From Lytechinus pictus (Eukaryota), in assembly GCF_037042905.1 (NCBI RefSeq), contig NC_087249.1:7814001-7874000 (forward strand): a stretch of 60,000 nucleotides of DNA. The letters run 5' to 3'. The position numbers and the translations under genes were made by a program. The notes beneath the pieces are model-generated. The model was given only the letters and a program-made list of their open reading frames with translations, did no database searches and had not been told where the DNA came from. This document shows positions 24,777-38,287 of this stretch, in pieces. Every line of letters starts with the position of its first letter. Within the stretch, counting starts at the first letter, position 1.

Positions 24777-27700
24777 ATATTTGTCTACTGGTCACTAGCT
24801 TTTTTTAAAGGCTTGTTGATCTCCAATTAATCCTGACATTTTGTTGAATATTTATTTAAAAGAGAGAAAGAAAACATTGTCAGTCTGATGAATGCCGGGG
24901 GGGGGGGGTAGAAAAAAAGGTTTAATGAGACTTTGATGAAGATTCATGAAAATATGTTATTCGAAAATCACTCGCAAGCAATAACCTCTATTTGTGTAAA
25001 CAAAGTTCCATAAAATTAGTGCCTTGCCTTCTTTATTAAAGCCAATTGAAAGTGATTCAGTTAATCAGTTTTCATAGAAGCATCTCTAAGACGTGCGTGG
25101 TTTGATCAATGATGATGATCAGCAACAATTGGCAGGTTTTTCTTCTTCACTTTTACAAGTAGGTAAATAGAAAAGCTACTCATGTCAATTAGAATTTTTA
25201 TCCTATCTTTTTTTAAGGATTTCTGTATAATCTTTCACATTCTGTTCCTCATTTTAAACACTTTTGAATTAAATGAAATTCAAAGAGTAAATTGCCCATT
25301 CATGGTGACTCTTCAACACAATCTTTCAACTTCCATGCAGATTCAGCAACACATAGAAAGACCACAGCATGGATTAAGAGACAGGAAGAATCCATTTGAA
25401 TACTACGAGGATGAACCTCTCAGAGTGGGGTACCAACAGAGAGAACCACACATTGCCTGTCATGTTACAGGTTTTGACAGGACTTTCTTTTATGTCATTG
25501 GTGAGTTTTCATGTGCAAACTATAAAGCAGAGGGTAATGGGGGGGGGGGGTCAAATTATGTTCTATGAAAGTGATTTTCCAGGCCAAAAATGATGAGATT
25601 TTGATAAAGAACAATTCGACTAGCAAAAACCATCAATATTGGATGGAGAATTATGAATTGATTCAGTTTTAAAGTTTTACATAACTTGGGGGAAACAGTT
25701 CTGTGTATCTCATATGCAATATTCATATTCCCACTTGTTCTCTAGTGATCTGAAATTATAATCATTAATTTTTTCCTCCAGGAATGTAAAAATGGGGTTG
25801 ACTGCTGATTATATATTTAAGATAGTTATTGCGAGTTCAGAATAATGTAAGGATCAAGGATTGGAAGTATCTAGTCATGAAAATTAAGTTTTATGTTTTG
25901 CTTAGCATGCAGATTTTCCATTGAGTAATTGTCGCCAGAGCAAATATCATGGAACCCTTGTACATTCATGTGTGGAAAATGTGTGGATGTGACATCATCA
26001 GGCTATTTCTTGCATATTCATGAAAACATGCACATGTTTTACAGAAATAATTAATGCAAAACCTAATATTCATTATTAATCATCCAAATTGTACGATTTT
26101 TGTTTCTGCTTTCAGCCAGGAGTACTAGTAACCCCTTACATGGGAGGGGGAGTGTTGGGGGTATTTCACAGAAAGGTTTTTGTCGGAATGAAACACGTAA
26201 CCCTTTGGGTTGGAAATAGGTGGGGATTTTATTTTTCTCTCATTTTTTACAATGTAGCAACATTTTTTAATACAAATATGTCATATTCAAGTGGGAAATT
26301 ATCATGAAGGATGATTTATAACCACTCAAAAAGAAATATTGGTATGTCATTTCAGCTAGAGAGATATTCTCCATTTTGCATGGATTGTTATTGCAGTAGA
26401 GTTTTTTTTTTAATGAATCAAAGAAAAATCTCTTTAAGCAGTTCCAGTGCATCATAAACATCAGGTCATAACAGAAGCACAATGTTTGCAAACGTAAATG
26501 GTAAAGTATCAATTGGCTTTCATATCAATAAACCAATTACATAACATCACTTATCATTCGATAACTAAAGGTACCTTTTAGAAGATGCAAGCAGACAAAG
26601 CAACTATATCACAGTCATCCGTGTGCAGAATCATCAAAGATTTTTCTGAGGCAATAGCAAGGAGTAACAGTGAATAAAGTTTCCAATGACGAGAAATTCA
26701 AACCACCCAGCGACAATTTGATGATTGCTACAGGTTTCCAAGAGTCATAGGTGCTATCGATTGGGGCCAATCCAGGCCATGTCTACATCAGGAGTCCTGA
26801 TGGGGAACAAGCCCTGTACTTAGCAGGAAGAACAGGTCTTCTGTAAATGTATAGGTTGGTATACTCACTCAGTTTTCAATGTGATATTCTCTGTATTCAA
26901 CACCTACTAGAGGTATGTGATAATGAAGAAAAAATATATTGGCCCCCTACTACATGTCTTTTACTGTCTTTTATCAAGTTTCAATGTTGTTGGTCAAATT
27001 TTTTTCTAATTTTATACTCTTAATATGTGAAATAAGACAATTTCAAAGATTTCACTGAAGAAAAAAAATATAGATAATCTGCTAACTTTCCTATTGCAGG
27101 AGAAATGAAAAATAGAAAAAATGCATTTTGCTTATTCAGGTAAAGGATGTATTAATTGCTTGATCAACGAAGATATATTTCCAGAAAGAATACCGAAGAG
27201 CAAATTTTCTAATATTCATTTTGTTTTGATCCTTATTGCAGGTATCCGTTGCTCCTCTCTTTGATGAATTCCTGCCTGCATTCTGTTGTCAATAGAAAAG
27301 GACGGTGTGCTACGGGTATTAAGCATTCCATTGGATTATCTGTGCATGAAAGTGGACACTTGTGATAAAAATATGGTAGCTTGGTTGATAGGATGTATTC
27401 ATGCATTCCGATTTATCATTAGTGATCAAATGACCATCTTGCTTCTTAAATCCCAAAATCACAACATTTTTCTTGTTTGACAAAAGGTTTGGGACGTGAA
27501 TTCCAGGATATAAATGACACACATGATGGGCTAATGTATAAGCAGGGACACGAGAGGTATAAGCAACATTTTTTTCGTTTAATTAAGTTTGGCATGAGAT
27601 GGACTTGGTCTTTCTTATGATTCAGGTATATTTTATACCAATTTCGTTTTAATCAACAATCAATGTTTGAAGCCTCATGATTTCAATTTCAAAACCTCTT

Positions 27701-28161
27701 TGTTAACTAAACAGTCATTTTTCTTAGCATATGCAGCTTCTTAATTTATCAAATTTAAATTATAAAATATCATTTTTGCTGAACATCCTTTTTTTCAACC
27801 TATTTTTATAGGGCCTAAGATACATTTCTGTAGTAAGCACTATAAATACATTGCAAGCTATTATCATTTGTTTGATATTACTATTTTATAGAATCATCCT
27901 TTAATTTCTTTCAGAAATATATTTGACAAATTACTTGTGATATTCATGCTTTAGCTGTAGAGTTTAAAATCTTCATAAAAATTTTTTTAATCCATTGTTT
28001 ATCTATTTTCATTCAGAGTTTCTGATGCATTGTTAAGAAAACGTAAACAGTCTATTCAATCTTCGTATCATTATGTAAAGAATTTCAATCTACCTTAAAA
28101 AGTAATGCACTAAATAAACTGCTCTGTCTACTACACATGTACATATAAGTTTTGATTTTAA

Positions 28162-28733
28162 AGGTCAAGTCCTCCCCAGAAAAAATTTGATTTGAATTAA
28201 TAGAAAAAAATCAACAGAGCATAATGCTGAAAATTTCATCAAAATCGGTTGTAAAATAGGAATGTTATGACATTTTTAGATTTGGCTTATTTTTCACAAC
28301 ACAGTTATATGCACAGATCAGTGACATGCAAATGAGACAGTCAATGACGTCCTTCACTATTTCTTTTGTTTTTGTTGCTTGAATTGTACAACATTTCATT
28401 TTTTACAGATTTGACATTGAGGGCCAACTTGATTAAACCAAAATTATAGTATTAAAATAATGCAAATCCCACATGTTCGGGGAGGGGGGGGGGGGGACTA
28501 ATCTTGGTTTCACATGACAATGAAGAGAAAATTTGAATAATTCATCTAGTAGAATAAAAAGAAATAGTTTGCATGCCTACTGGGATGTACATATAAGTGT
28601 GTGGTCAAGCAAAACTTTAAAAATGTCATAACTTAATATCTTTACATCAGATTTTGATGAAATTTTCAGTGTTACGCTTGTTGGGTTTTTCTCTTTTTAA
28701 TTAAAATCAACTTTGTGGGGGTGGACTTGTCCT
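28162..28733. mobile_element. Kolobok-like MITE (family copy 1), inside the Harbinger element
   Basis: TTAA + AGGTCAAGTCC.CCCCAG ... GGGGTGGACTTGTCCT, with long subterminal inverted arms. Homologous to the copies at 32557 and 42954. Confidence 0.85.
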
Positions 28734-29771
28734 TTTATATCGTTTTCAAGTAATTGTGTCGGGAGAAAACAAAAATGAAATTCTTTTATCAATTCTGTCC
28801 ATATGCTGCATGGTTCATCGTTCTTGCAGGAGGCAAAAAATAAATTTATATAAGAAAGACTTATTTTATTTACTCTCAGATAAAAATTGTGCTCAGGAGA
28901 GATTAAGGTTATGTGTAAGGCAGGGTGGTGGTAATGGTATGTTGGTTAAGGTTGTTTATGAAGAAAGTCAAGTGATTGCTTGCTTGTGCAGGAGGATATA
29001 CTTTAAGAAACTTGTTGTAGGGTATAATGCAAAATTATTTATAATAGAATTTAATTGAGAGAAAAGTATTGCACGTTAAGATGCACAATAATGTACATGT
29101 GATGGAAGCAAATGAGAAATGAAAGGAGTAAAGGTAGCTACATGTGTCAATGAGAGAATGGCCAGTGGTGTTATAGCATAAATCTTTGTTTAAAAGTTAT
29201 TTTATTTTAGGAAATTTAGTCCCTTCAGTTTGAAAGTATAGAGGGCGGACCATGGACCACTGACCATGGAAAAAAGTCCCCCCCCAAAAAAAAAATATAT
29301 ATATATTACCAAGAAAAGAAAGAAAGGTGAAACACATTATTTTCTGAATATTATGTCAAATCTATCACAAAATTGGATATTTGATATTAAAATTTTGAAT
29401 ATTTTTCCTTGCTCGCAAGTTTTTATTTTACCTGATATGCCATATTTAGCCCACTGATATTTCCCCAATTTCAAATATATTATTATGATTGGGTGGAATA
29501 CCCTTTACACTTATCCAGGATTGATAAGTCTTTATTTTTCTGATAAGGAAATGGTGTTTCCTTTAAGGAAAAAAATACTGCAAGCATGGTGAATAGCTTG
29601 ACCCCCCTCCAAAGCAAACTTGAGTATATAGGTTAAGGTTGGGAATAATGCAATTGCAAGAGTGACCAGTGAGTGTGGAGGAGCTACTAATGAGTATCTC
29701 AGCTCCTTTTAGAGATGTTGGTAGAACTGACGTATAGAATAGGGAGGGGGGGCTTGGGGCTCTTGCCCCCC

Positions 29772-29803
<32 letters not shown>

Positions 29804-31111
29804 AACACAAACTAGGATTTTAATGTCAATTAAAAAAAATTTTGCTCGCTTAATTTTTTTTTTAAATCAATTTATCGAGATACACCATATAAAAAGACAA
29901 GAATAAATAAATGAATTGAAAATATTACTTCGAATGGGAAAGTCAATTCTGAGGGAAAGGAAAAGGGGCACGCTGCGCTTGTGGACGCGAGATCAGATCA
30001 AGGTCATGTCGCTTCGCCCCACGCGACGCTGGCCCCACCATTTACCAAGTACATAACCCAAACAAAGATTCAATTCCATATTTCCATTTTCTATCAAAGC
30101 TAGCCCCGGGCAAAGTTCCACCGGACTACGATAAGGTAGGTAGGATTATACAATCAGATTGGTTATGATTTAATTCAACAAATGTGCACTTGATCTAGAT
30201 GTAATTGGCGTGTAACGTTAGATTTATTTTTCCGTAGATCTAAGTAACTTCCTCAGGCCTAAAACGCAGTTACGGCACGCTATTATAGGCCTAGATCCAC
30301 GTCTAACTGCACTGTAATACGATGGCGATCGATCTGGACTTCATACTAGTATTAGACCAAAAAGGCAAAAAAAAACAAAAAAAACTTTGGTCTCTGTCAT
30401 TGTTCCGCTGGACTCCGTTGCCTCCACTAACCAATTGAGAAATAAGGAATTGAAAAAAAATGTGTAAAACCCCATCGAAAAAGCCGGCTGCTGCAGCTGT
30501 CTAAAAAAGGTTAAAACTTCTTCACGTTGCAGTGCACCTATCGCACGGTACCGTACATTGACGGAGTTTGAACTTCTCGATATGGTACGATGCTGCAGGC
30601 GCAGTCGAGCTAGCTCGCACGCAGGCAGCGCTAACGTTAGTCCGAACCTAAGTTGGTAAATATTAACAAATAAGTAATGACAATGTTCGTTGTCAACACC
30701 TCATTGCTAAGAAATTCAAGTTCATGCTGCTGATACATGATTTTGGGGTTGAGTTCTGCTTCCTAACTCATGTGATACAATGGCGACATTTCATATGGCC
30801 CTAGCAGACGAAACTCTCAAATACGGCACTGAGCATGCTCAGTACTGCTTTATTACACTGAGCATGCTCAGTGCAGTGTTATAATAGTATGCTAGCTTCA
30901 GTCCATGATTTAATCCATGGACTAAAGTTATCACCGGGGTATAACTCAGCCGTGGGTTAACTTTAGCACCGGGTGCTAAAGTTAGTCCATGGATTAGTTA
31001 GTCCACCGTTTGTGAATAGCGCGGTGGACTAACTTTATACCCCGGTATTAGTTAACCCCCGACTAAATTTAACCCCGGTATAACTTTAGTCGACCTTTGT
31101 GAATTCGGGCC

Positions 31112-31345
31112 TTAATGTTTTCTATCCTTTGTGCAAGGATGCTCTAGTCTAGATCTAGCTTCCATTTTTTAACTGGGGATTGTTTTTCAAAGAGCCTACA
31201 TGCAGATGGGAAAATTTGTCTAGATATACTAAGTTCCCCCCCCCCCCCTTAACCCTAAAAAGGACTGGGCTTTTATGAATTTCATCTCTCATAGACTTTG
31301 TACACAAAAAAAAAGGACTGGGCTATTTGAGATGATATGCAAATT
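31112..31345 (+). repeat. ~230-bp direct repeat, copy 2
   Basis: Matches 17662-17892. Confidence 0.95.
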
Positions 31346-32199
31346 TATTCATGAAAAACATTTTTTGCATATTTAACACCCAATTTCACTTCAAATTTTC
31401 ATCTTTTATGCAGATGTCATCTTTGCAATCTAATTTAAAGGTTTCCACAAAGAAAAATTGTGAGAGCCAATTTTTTCCTTAATATGTATTTCTTTGTTTT
31501 TAGAATATCTTATGTATTTCCATGTTTCTTCATCTTTTGTTTTTCATTGTTTTTTTCAATGGAAATTATTACAGACCATTTAATCAAGCAGACCAATTAG
31601 AACAAAAAATAATCGCCCTTTTATGAATTTCATCTCCCATAGACTTTGTACACAAAGTATAAAAATGAGCCATTTTGGCATGACATTGTCTCGTAAAAAG
31701 TCACATGACGTCGCAATGCTATACCCGTATGTCGCGAATTTGTCTCAAAAGTTGCACAGAAAAAAATTAACCATTATTAGAAATAAATTTTATAACCTAA
31801 AGTGAATTAAACATTTATACGTTTTCATTGCAGATGACCATTCAAAATTTGCAATTATCACAGCCATCTTTAAATTTTCATGGAAAAAATTGAACTTTTT
31901 ACCAAAATACCATGGACGTTGGCAGTATACATTACTCGATATTGCTCTAAAATGAGACCAGTGTGCCTGTGACAAGCGATAAGCTAAACTCTGGTCACAG
32001 GCACACTACCGAATGCTTCTTGAAAATTACTTGCTGGAATATCATGCCTTGCTATACTATGTCTACTGTAATAACATAATCACAATTCTCAATCTAGGGA
32101 AATCTGAACAATTACAACAACTCTTTGCCTTGATTGTAAACTCAGACACCAATGATAATATAATATTTGACATATTTTGCTATAAACTTTTGAATTCTG

Positions 32200-32354
32200 G
32201 GGCCCGTTGCATATAACTTTTTACCTGAGAAAACTCAGGTTGTTTTTACCGGAGTTTTTGCCCTGTGTTAAAGTCAATGGCAGAAATCAGACTAACCTTA
32301 GTTTTCAGTTTTTACCAGAGTTTTCTCAGGTAAAAAGTTTTATGCAACAGGCCC
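32200..32354. mobile_element. Small Harbinger-like MITE
   Basis: TIRs GGGCCCGTTGCATA..ACTTTTTACCTGAGAAAACTC / GAGTTTTCTCAGGTAAAAAGTTTTATGCAACAGGCCC. Confidence 0.8.
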
Positions 32355-32556
32355 GTGGGGGCATTGTACTGTTAATATTTATAAATGTGGACAACTGAAT
32401 TGGTTATCACAACGATCTAGGACTTTGTTTACAACCACTTTCTGTTCTTCAGATTTGGAGCGTTGTCAATAATGAGCATACAGCCGCAACAAGAATTATT
32501 TGTTTGTGTGCTCTTTTAAAAAACAGTAATGTTAAAACTACACCGCCAGTGTTTAA

Positions 32557-33163
32557 AGGTCAAGTCCACCCCGGAAAAATGTTGATTTGAATAAATAGAG
32601 AAAAATCAAACTAGCATAATGGTGAAAGTTTCATCAAAATCGGATGTAAAATAAGAAAGTTATGGCATTTTAAAGTTTCGCTTATTTTTCACAAAATAGT
32701 GATATGCACAACTCAGTGTCATGCAAATGGTCAGTCGATGATGTCCATCACTCACTATTTCTTTTGTTTTTTATTGTTTGAATTATACAATATTTAATTT
32801 TTTACAGATTTGACAATTAGGACCAGCTTGACTAGACCATATAGCATTAAACAATTCTAATTACACATGTTCAGGGAAGAATTAATCATTGTTTCATTTG
32901 ACAATGAGGAGAAAATCATAATATTTCATACTTTCATACATATAACAAAATACAAAAGAAATAGTGAGTGGATGACATCATCAGTCTCCTCATTTGCATA
33001 CCGACCAGGATGTGCATATAACTGTTAAGTGAAATTAAGCGAAACTTTGAAATGTCATAACTTTCTCATTTTACATCCGATTTTGATGAAATTTTCAGTG
33101 TTATGCTTGCTGGATTTTTCTCTTTTTATTCAAATCAACTTTTTGTTTGGGTGGACTTGTCCT
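32557..33163. mobile_element. Kolobok-like MITE (family copy 2)
   Basis: TTAA TSDs at 32553-32556 and 33164-33167, TIRs AGGTCAAGTCCACCC / GGGTGGACTTGTCCT, long inverted arms. Confidence 0.9.
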
Positions 33164-33527
33164 TTAAAGAGGACGACCACACCAAGCATCGTACACTACA
33201 GCGTGTCCCACAAAAATGGCACTTTTATAATGAGAAAATTAAAATCCTATTGTATATGATTTTTATAATTCTAAATTAGTATTTTTTTCATAAAACTGCG
33301 ATATGATTCATTCTATGAGCCTTCTTTCAGTACTCATCAGAAAACCTCTCAATCCAAGCTTTGTTTAATATTAAATTGAATAAAATATGCAGTCCAATCT
33401 CGTCTTCATTCACTCTTTTTTTATTTCCTTTTTAGATTTTTGGCCCACAACTCGCGGGCCGATACTTAAATTTAAAAGGAAATTGAAGGTTTAAGATTGG
33501 CATGATATCTTTAATCAAACATGAAAT

Positions 33528-33580
33528 TGGGTGGGTGGGTGGGTGGGTGGGTCGGTCGCTCGGTCGGTCGGTCGGTCGGT
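33528..33580. repeat. (GGGT)n(CGGT)n compound microsatellite
   Basis: Seen directly. Confidence 0.9.
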
Positions 33581-34378
33581 TGATTATAGGCCAACTAAAG
33601 GACGAATACAAGGAAATGAATTAAAGTAAATATCTTTTAATCCAAGATCCCATCTTGATCTTATCTAATAATCTGAGGTGATGAATGAATAGGTCATCCC
33701 TAAGTCCAGAAAAAAGGGAAATCCTTGCATATTTAGGCCCATGACTGAACATGAATAAATTATAATTTGCACCACTTAACATGCTTTAATATAACTTGTT
33801 AGCTGAACCTGACTACACATTGGATAGAGAGATTTCTTGATGTGTAATGAACAAATGCTCCTATTTGAATCATATCACATAAAACTTAATCCAGTTGTAG
33901 GAAATGAATTGTAGTTTACTGGCATAAAGAATATAAACAATAGAATGTTGTTATTCTAATATTATACCCATCTTGAGTGTCATTAAAGTGTTAAATTCAT
34001 GGCGTTAGGTCAACACCACTGGCCCTATTATAACACTTTCCATTTGATATTTTAACACTAGGCCGGCCTATTAAGTGTCACGTTCAAACTCCATGGTGCA
34101 TATTAAACCTGAGGGTGTATGATTTTCATGGCACCGATTGATTCTACAAGCACTAGAGTGCAGAAGGGTAGCCTGTCGACATGCAGGGATTGCAAGGAAA
34201 TGCTACCCCCCCCCCCATCAAAAAATAAAAAAAAACCTGAAAATCAACCAGTGAGAAACACGGAGAATAAAATGGGCAGACGACATGGGCGTGGCCCTTA
34301 CCTCACACACTAACCTCCTTCCTTCCTTCTCATTAGTGGAAATGTCGAGGCACATGTACGTGACCCCTTCGGTATCTG

Positions 34379-34512
34379 GGGCCCATTGCAGAAAGACTTG
34401 CAATCAAACGTAACTCATCAAAACTTGACTTTAAATCAATGGGATGCATGGTTTAGTGATTTACGATTGATTTTTAGTTGAGTTTAAACGCAACCCTTTC
34501 TGCAACAGGCCC
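34379..34512. mobile_element. Small Harbinger-like MITE, CTG TSD
   Basis: CTG-GGGCCCATTGCAGAAAG ... CTTTCTGCAACAGGCCC-CTG. Confidence 0.75.
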
Positions 34513-36298
34513 CTGGACTAGCATTATGCCATTGAAAACATTCTGTGAAAATATTCATTCCGAATAAAGAAATATCTAGGCCTATTTAGTCACCGGTTCT
34601 TGAGCTCAGAGTCTATCATGAGCTGGTGGTGCCTATGGGAAGGTTGTGCCCTCCATATGGGATTAGAGATCAAGGGAAAAAATACACAGGGGTTAGGCAG
34701 GGCCCTGGGAACGATATTTTAAATGGGGGTGCTGATGTAAATTTGACAAGCAAAAAAAAAAAAAAAACTCTCACATAAAAAAAGTAATTTTGGTCCTAAA
34801 AAATCAAACAAGCAAAATAAAAAGGGGGGATATTTGTGTTTCATTTATTTCAATTTCTCACACCTACTAGAATTCCAGGGGTGCTGCCAATGGAAATTAA
34901 TACACGCAGCACCCCTAGCACCCCCGCTGCTTATGGCCATGTTGATCGGTTGAGTAATGCATGAGCAATCAAAGATTCAAGTCAAAATGTAGGATATAAC
35001 ATTATGACTGGATATCATAAGAACTGAAATTTCATTTTTCTGATGTATTTTTACTAATTTGCACATTTAGACATGGAAGATGAAGTGAATCTGTGTGAAC
35101 AAATTATGATATAAAATGCTTCAGCACTTTTGCTGTGAGCACTGCATGAATTGTGACCCAAATCTCCAAAGTTCTGCAAATGATTCAACCATTACAGAGT
35201 TCATACATGTAGCCTACATTTTTTATTAAAAAATTGGCAATGCTGCCTTTAACTAGAAATGGAATCTTGCCGAGGTCCGAGCCGAGGCCAGATCAATAGT
35301 CTGATACATCATCATGAGATCACTGACTTTGCGTTACATTACAGCTTTTAATGAGAATGACAAATAGATGGCATATTGCGAGAATTGATTGGCATGGGTT
35401 ACTAAAGGGCAATAATCAATACTAAATCACAACATGGCGAACGATTGTTGCCCCATTAAACATGGACTCCACAATCCCTTTACCCTGCATTCTACGTGTC
35501 AATTGAATCGAGCATCAAGAGATCACTTTTTCTTCGCAAGACAATGAAGTTACATTTTGCGCTATTGTGAGATGAATTTGTTGAAGTTCACCTTGTAGCA
35601 GACATGTTGCCTTACATAAATACCTAATCACTCTATGACACCGTTCTCATCTGGATCCTTCCACTAGTTTGTAGTTGAAAGTGGTTTTAATGGAAACCAG
35701 TGTAATGGAGATGCTAAAAGAGGTCTAGGAAGTGATCTTAAGTCATTTTTCAAACCAGTTTCGAAAACCACCATCATCATTTATAAGATAAGAGCAAACG
35801 AAAAGCAAACAACTAGACTTGAGATTAATATTGTGATTGACTTCAACTAGTCAAAATCTAGTGTGCTGTCCAAACCCTTTACTCGAGTTGAAAATATGTG
35901 GTCTAAGATCGAGATCGAGATCATTTAGATCTACAGTCCAACATATAGGATCATGCCATGTGACCTTGTGATTGTGCTAGACTGTCTAGGGTAATATTTA
36001 CCTCGCGATTACTTCAGATTCATGCTTTGTGCTTTGTACCCAGACCATTTAAAATATCAGTGGACTTTGTAAAGGATGAACTGCGGTCGCCTCCGAAGTT
36101 ACCTCGCGTTCGGTGGTAGATCTAAACGGGGTACAAGTTATACATGTAGCAAACATACTATTTGCCTAACAATTCTCATTAGACATGAATTATGCAAAGA
36201 TGATTGTGTTTTTTCCCAATAAAAACTTCTCTGAAGTACAGACCTTAATACCAAAGATAAGAAAATCAATGAGGGGCACATAAGCATATTGTACGTCT

Positions 36299-36497
36299 CA
36301 ACGCGATAGCTCAGTCGGTAGAGCGGGGGACTCGTATTCCGGTGACCCGGGTTCGATTCCCACTTGGTGCGCTAGTGCCCTTTGGTAAGGCATTAATCCT
36401 CAGTACCAGGTCCTTCGGAGGGGACCTTAAGCCGTCGGTCCTCTGGTTGCTTGCTTACAAGCATTCATGCTTTCTTAGCAATCAGGTAAAAAAAATC
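36299..36497 (+). mobile_element. tRNA-derived SINE
   Basis: A box TAGCTCAGTCGGTAGAGC and B box GGTTCGATTCCC, then a non-tRNA body gtgccctttggtaaggcattaatcc and an A-rich end. Confidence 0.85.
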
Positions 36498-37823
36498 ACC
36501 ACCAAACATCCAAGTATTAAAATCCAAGTATTAAAGTAAGTAAAAATACTATTTGTCCAGTTTTACATTCCACCAAGAAAGAGAAACCAGCTAAATGAAT
36601 TAGAAATAACAGACAAGTCTGATTTTTTCCCCGCTAATACATCCGTCATCCTTCTAGCAAATCTTCAGTATTTAGAAAAATAAATGAAGAAAAATAGTCT
36701 CAAGGAAACTTCTCATCCCGTGATTGTACACAAGGTCTTTACCGTCATTGTAAATTCATTTCAAAAGGGGATCAAGAACAAAACTATAGACAACTGTGAA
36801 GTTTGATTAATTAGCAAATTATGCTGAAAAATAAATGAATTAAACCCTAATCCATGCTTCACCTTCAGATTGTTTGTTTTAAAATTTCTGCACATGCTAA
36901 AAGGGGCTTAACAGCCAGTTTATGTCTGCTGCCCTCATTCAACCAATGCAAGAAAGGACAGATGCGTTTCCCTGCAAGTACATTTCACCAATTTCCAGAT
37001 ATAAAGCATATTATCAAGTAATCAGAATTTTCCCAACATTCCTCATTCCACCTGATTTTCTGAGTAAAAAAAGAGTTGGCCATGAAACTCTAGAGGAAGT
37101 TCTGTGCGACATTCTACATGTACCTTCACAAAATCAGACAGTGAGAAAACCAGAACATAGTCAGGGCAATTTTTATTTGAAAAAAAAAATTGTCACTAAT
37201 CACTACAATTTTGTGCACTAATAAAGCATCTATTAAAAAATATGTTCTAGAGTATATCAAATTATTTCAACAGTTTGAACTTTCCACTTTTCATTGGAAC
37301 ACCAATGGCTTGAATACAATTTAGCTTAGGAATGAACATTCTCAAATGGACTGTAATACAGGGGTGTGAGTGGTCACAAATAAAAAGATCTGAAAAAAGC
37401 TGAAACTTGTAAAAAAATTCTGAAATAGAAAGAGCTCCCATACTTTTTGTACATAGGAAAGCCAAAAATAAGCTGAATTAAGCTGAAAATCAAAACGAAA
37501 AAATCTGAAATCAGATAAAAATCTGAACTCTCACATCCCTGGTATTAATATCTCCAAAACTGAATTCTGTCTAAAGAGCAATCATAAAAAAATAAAAATA
37601 AAACATAAGTGTCATACATGTAGAGCTCACAAAATGTGGTTGTGTAATACGGCATTAACGGGTATGACCTTAATTTAAAATAAAGTGCATTTTAAAATGC
37701 AATTAATGTTTAATACATTTTTTAAAATAATTTTTATTTGAAATCATTCACCTTTAATACGGGTATCCAAGTCCATAGCTGAAATACATGTACATGTACC
37801 TCAATGTACATGTATGAAATTAA

Positions 37824-38287
37824 AGGGAAAATTCACCCTGAAGAAAATATTGTTTTCAAAATTGCAGAAAAAATAATAAAAAATATTGGTGAAGGTTTGA
37901 GGAAAATCCATTAAAGATTAAGAAAGTTATTAGAAGTTTGATTTTTGGACTTGTGAAGTCTTACTCGAGCAGCTGCCCATATGTTTTTTTTTAAATGCAT
38001 AAATTTCCATCTTTCAATGGTTCGTGATAACTCATTTCTGATTTCTTTTTTGGAACGGGTGTGAAATGATTTGTCTATTGATATACTGAAGGTACAGGAA
38101 AACAATTTTCAATTTTCTGAGAAAATGACATTTCATTGATTTTTTACCACATGGTATGTAGGGAAGTTGCTCAAATATGATGTCACAAATCAAATAATTG
38201 AAATTCTTCAAACTTTTATTCTTTGATGGATTTTTCTCAAACCTTCACCAATATTTTTATAATTTCTTCTGCTACTTTTACAATAAA
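37824..38287. mobile_element. Truncated Kolobok-like MITE (different family)
   Basis: TTAA-AGGGAAAATTCACCC start. Inverted arms aaaaatattggtgaaggtttgag / ctcaaaccttcaccaatattttt. The right terminus is missing. Confidence 0.65.

Larger units (their letters stand above)
19565..27420 (+). pseudogene. Decayed multi-exon Harbinger (HARBI1-like) DDE transposase
   Basis: Putative exons: 19565-19661 (MAHNFELLCRLAR..); 25341-25501 (LRDRKNPFEYYEDE..LPVMLQVLTGL.FYVIG); ~26571-26855 (FPRVIGAID..HVYIRSP..RKNRSSVNV); ~27242-27420 (GYPLL..LM, IEK.GVL..LDYL.MKVDTC). These match Harbinger transposase motifs but contain stops and frameshifts. Confidence 0.8.
17903..31111 (+). mobile_element. PIF/Harbinger DNA transposon (13.2 kb, defective)
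   Basis: TIRs GGCCCGAATTCACAAAGGTGGACTAAAGTTATACC / GGTATAACTTTAGTCGACCTTTGTGAATTCGGGCC (1 mismatch), 3-bp TTA TSD (17900-17902, 31112-31114), subterminal GGACTAA/CCGGGG repeats, and internal Harbinger transposase remnants. Confidence 0.92.

Noticed and set aside
25182..27480. Functional domesticated HARBI1 gene
   Set aside because: It has multiple stops, frameshifts and deletions, and it lies within intact TIRs.
34698..34941. hAT-like MITE (CAGGGCC...GGCCATG); a similar case lies at 37359-37541
   Set aside because: The ends are suggestive, but no 8-bp TSD could be confirmed, so they are not listed as features.
36301..36372. Possible tRNA gene
   Set aside because: A and B boxes are present, but the acceptor stem does not close well and the sequence continues into a SINE body shared with other copies.
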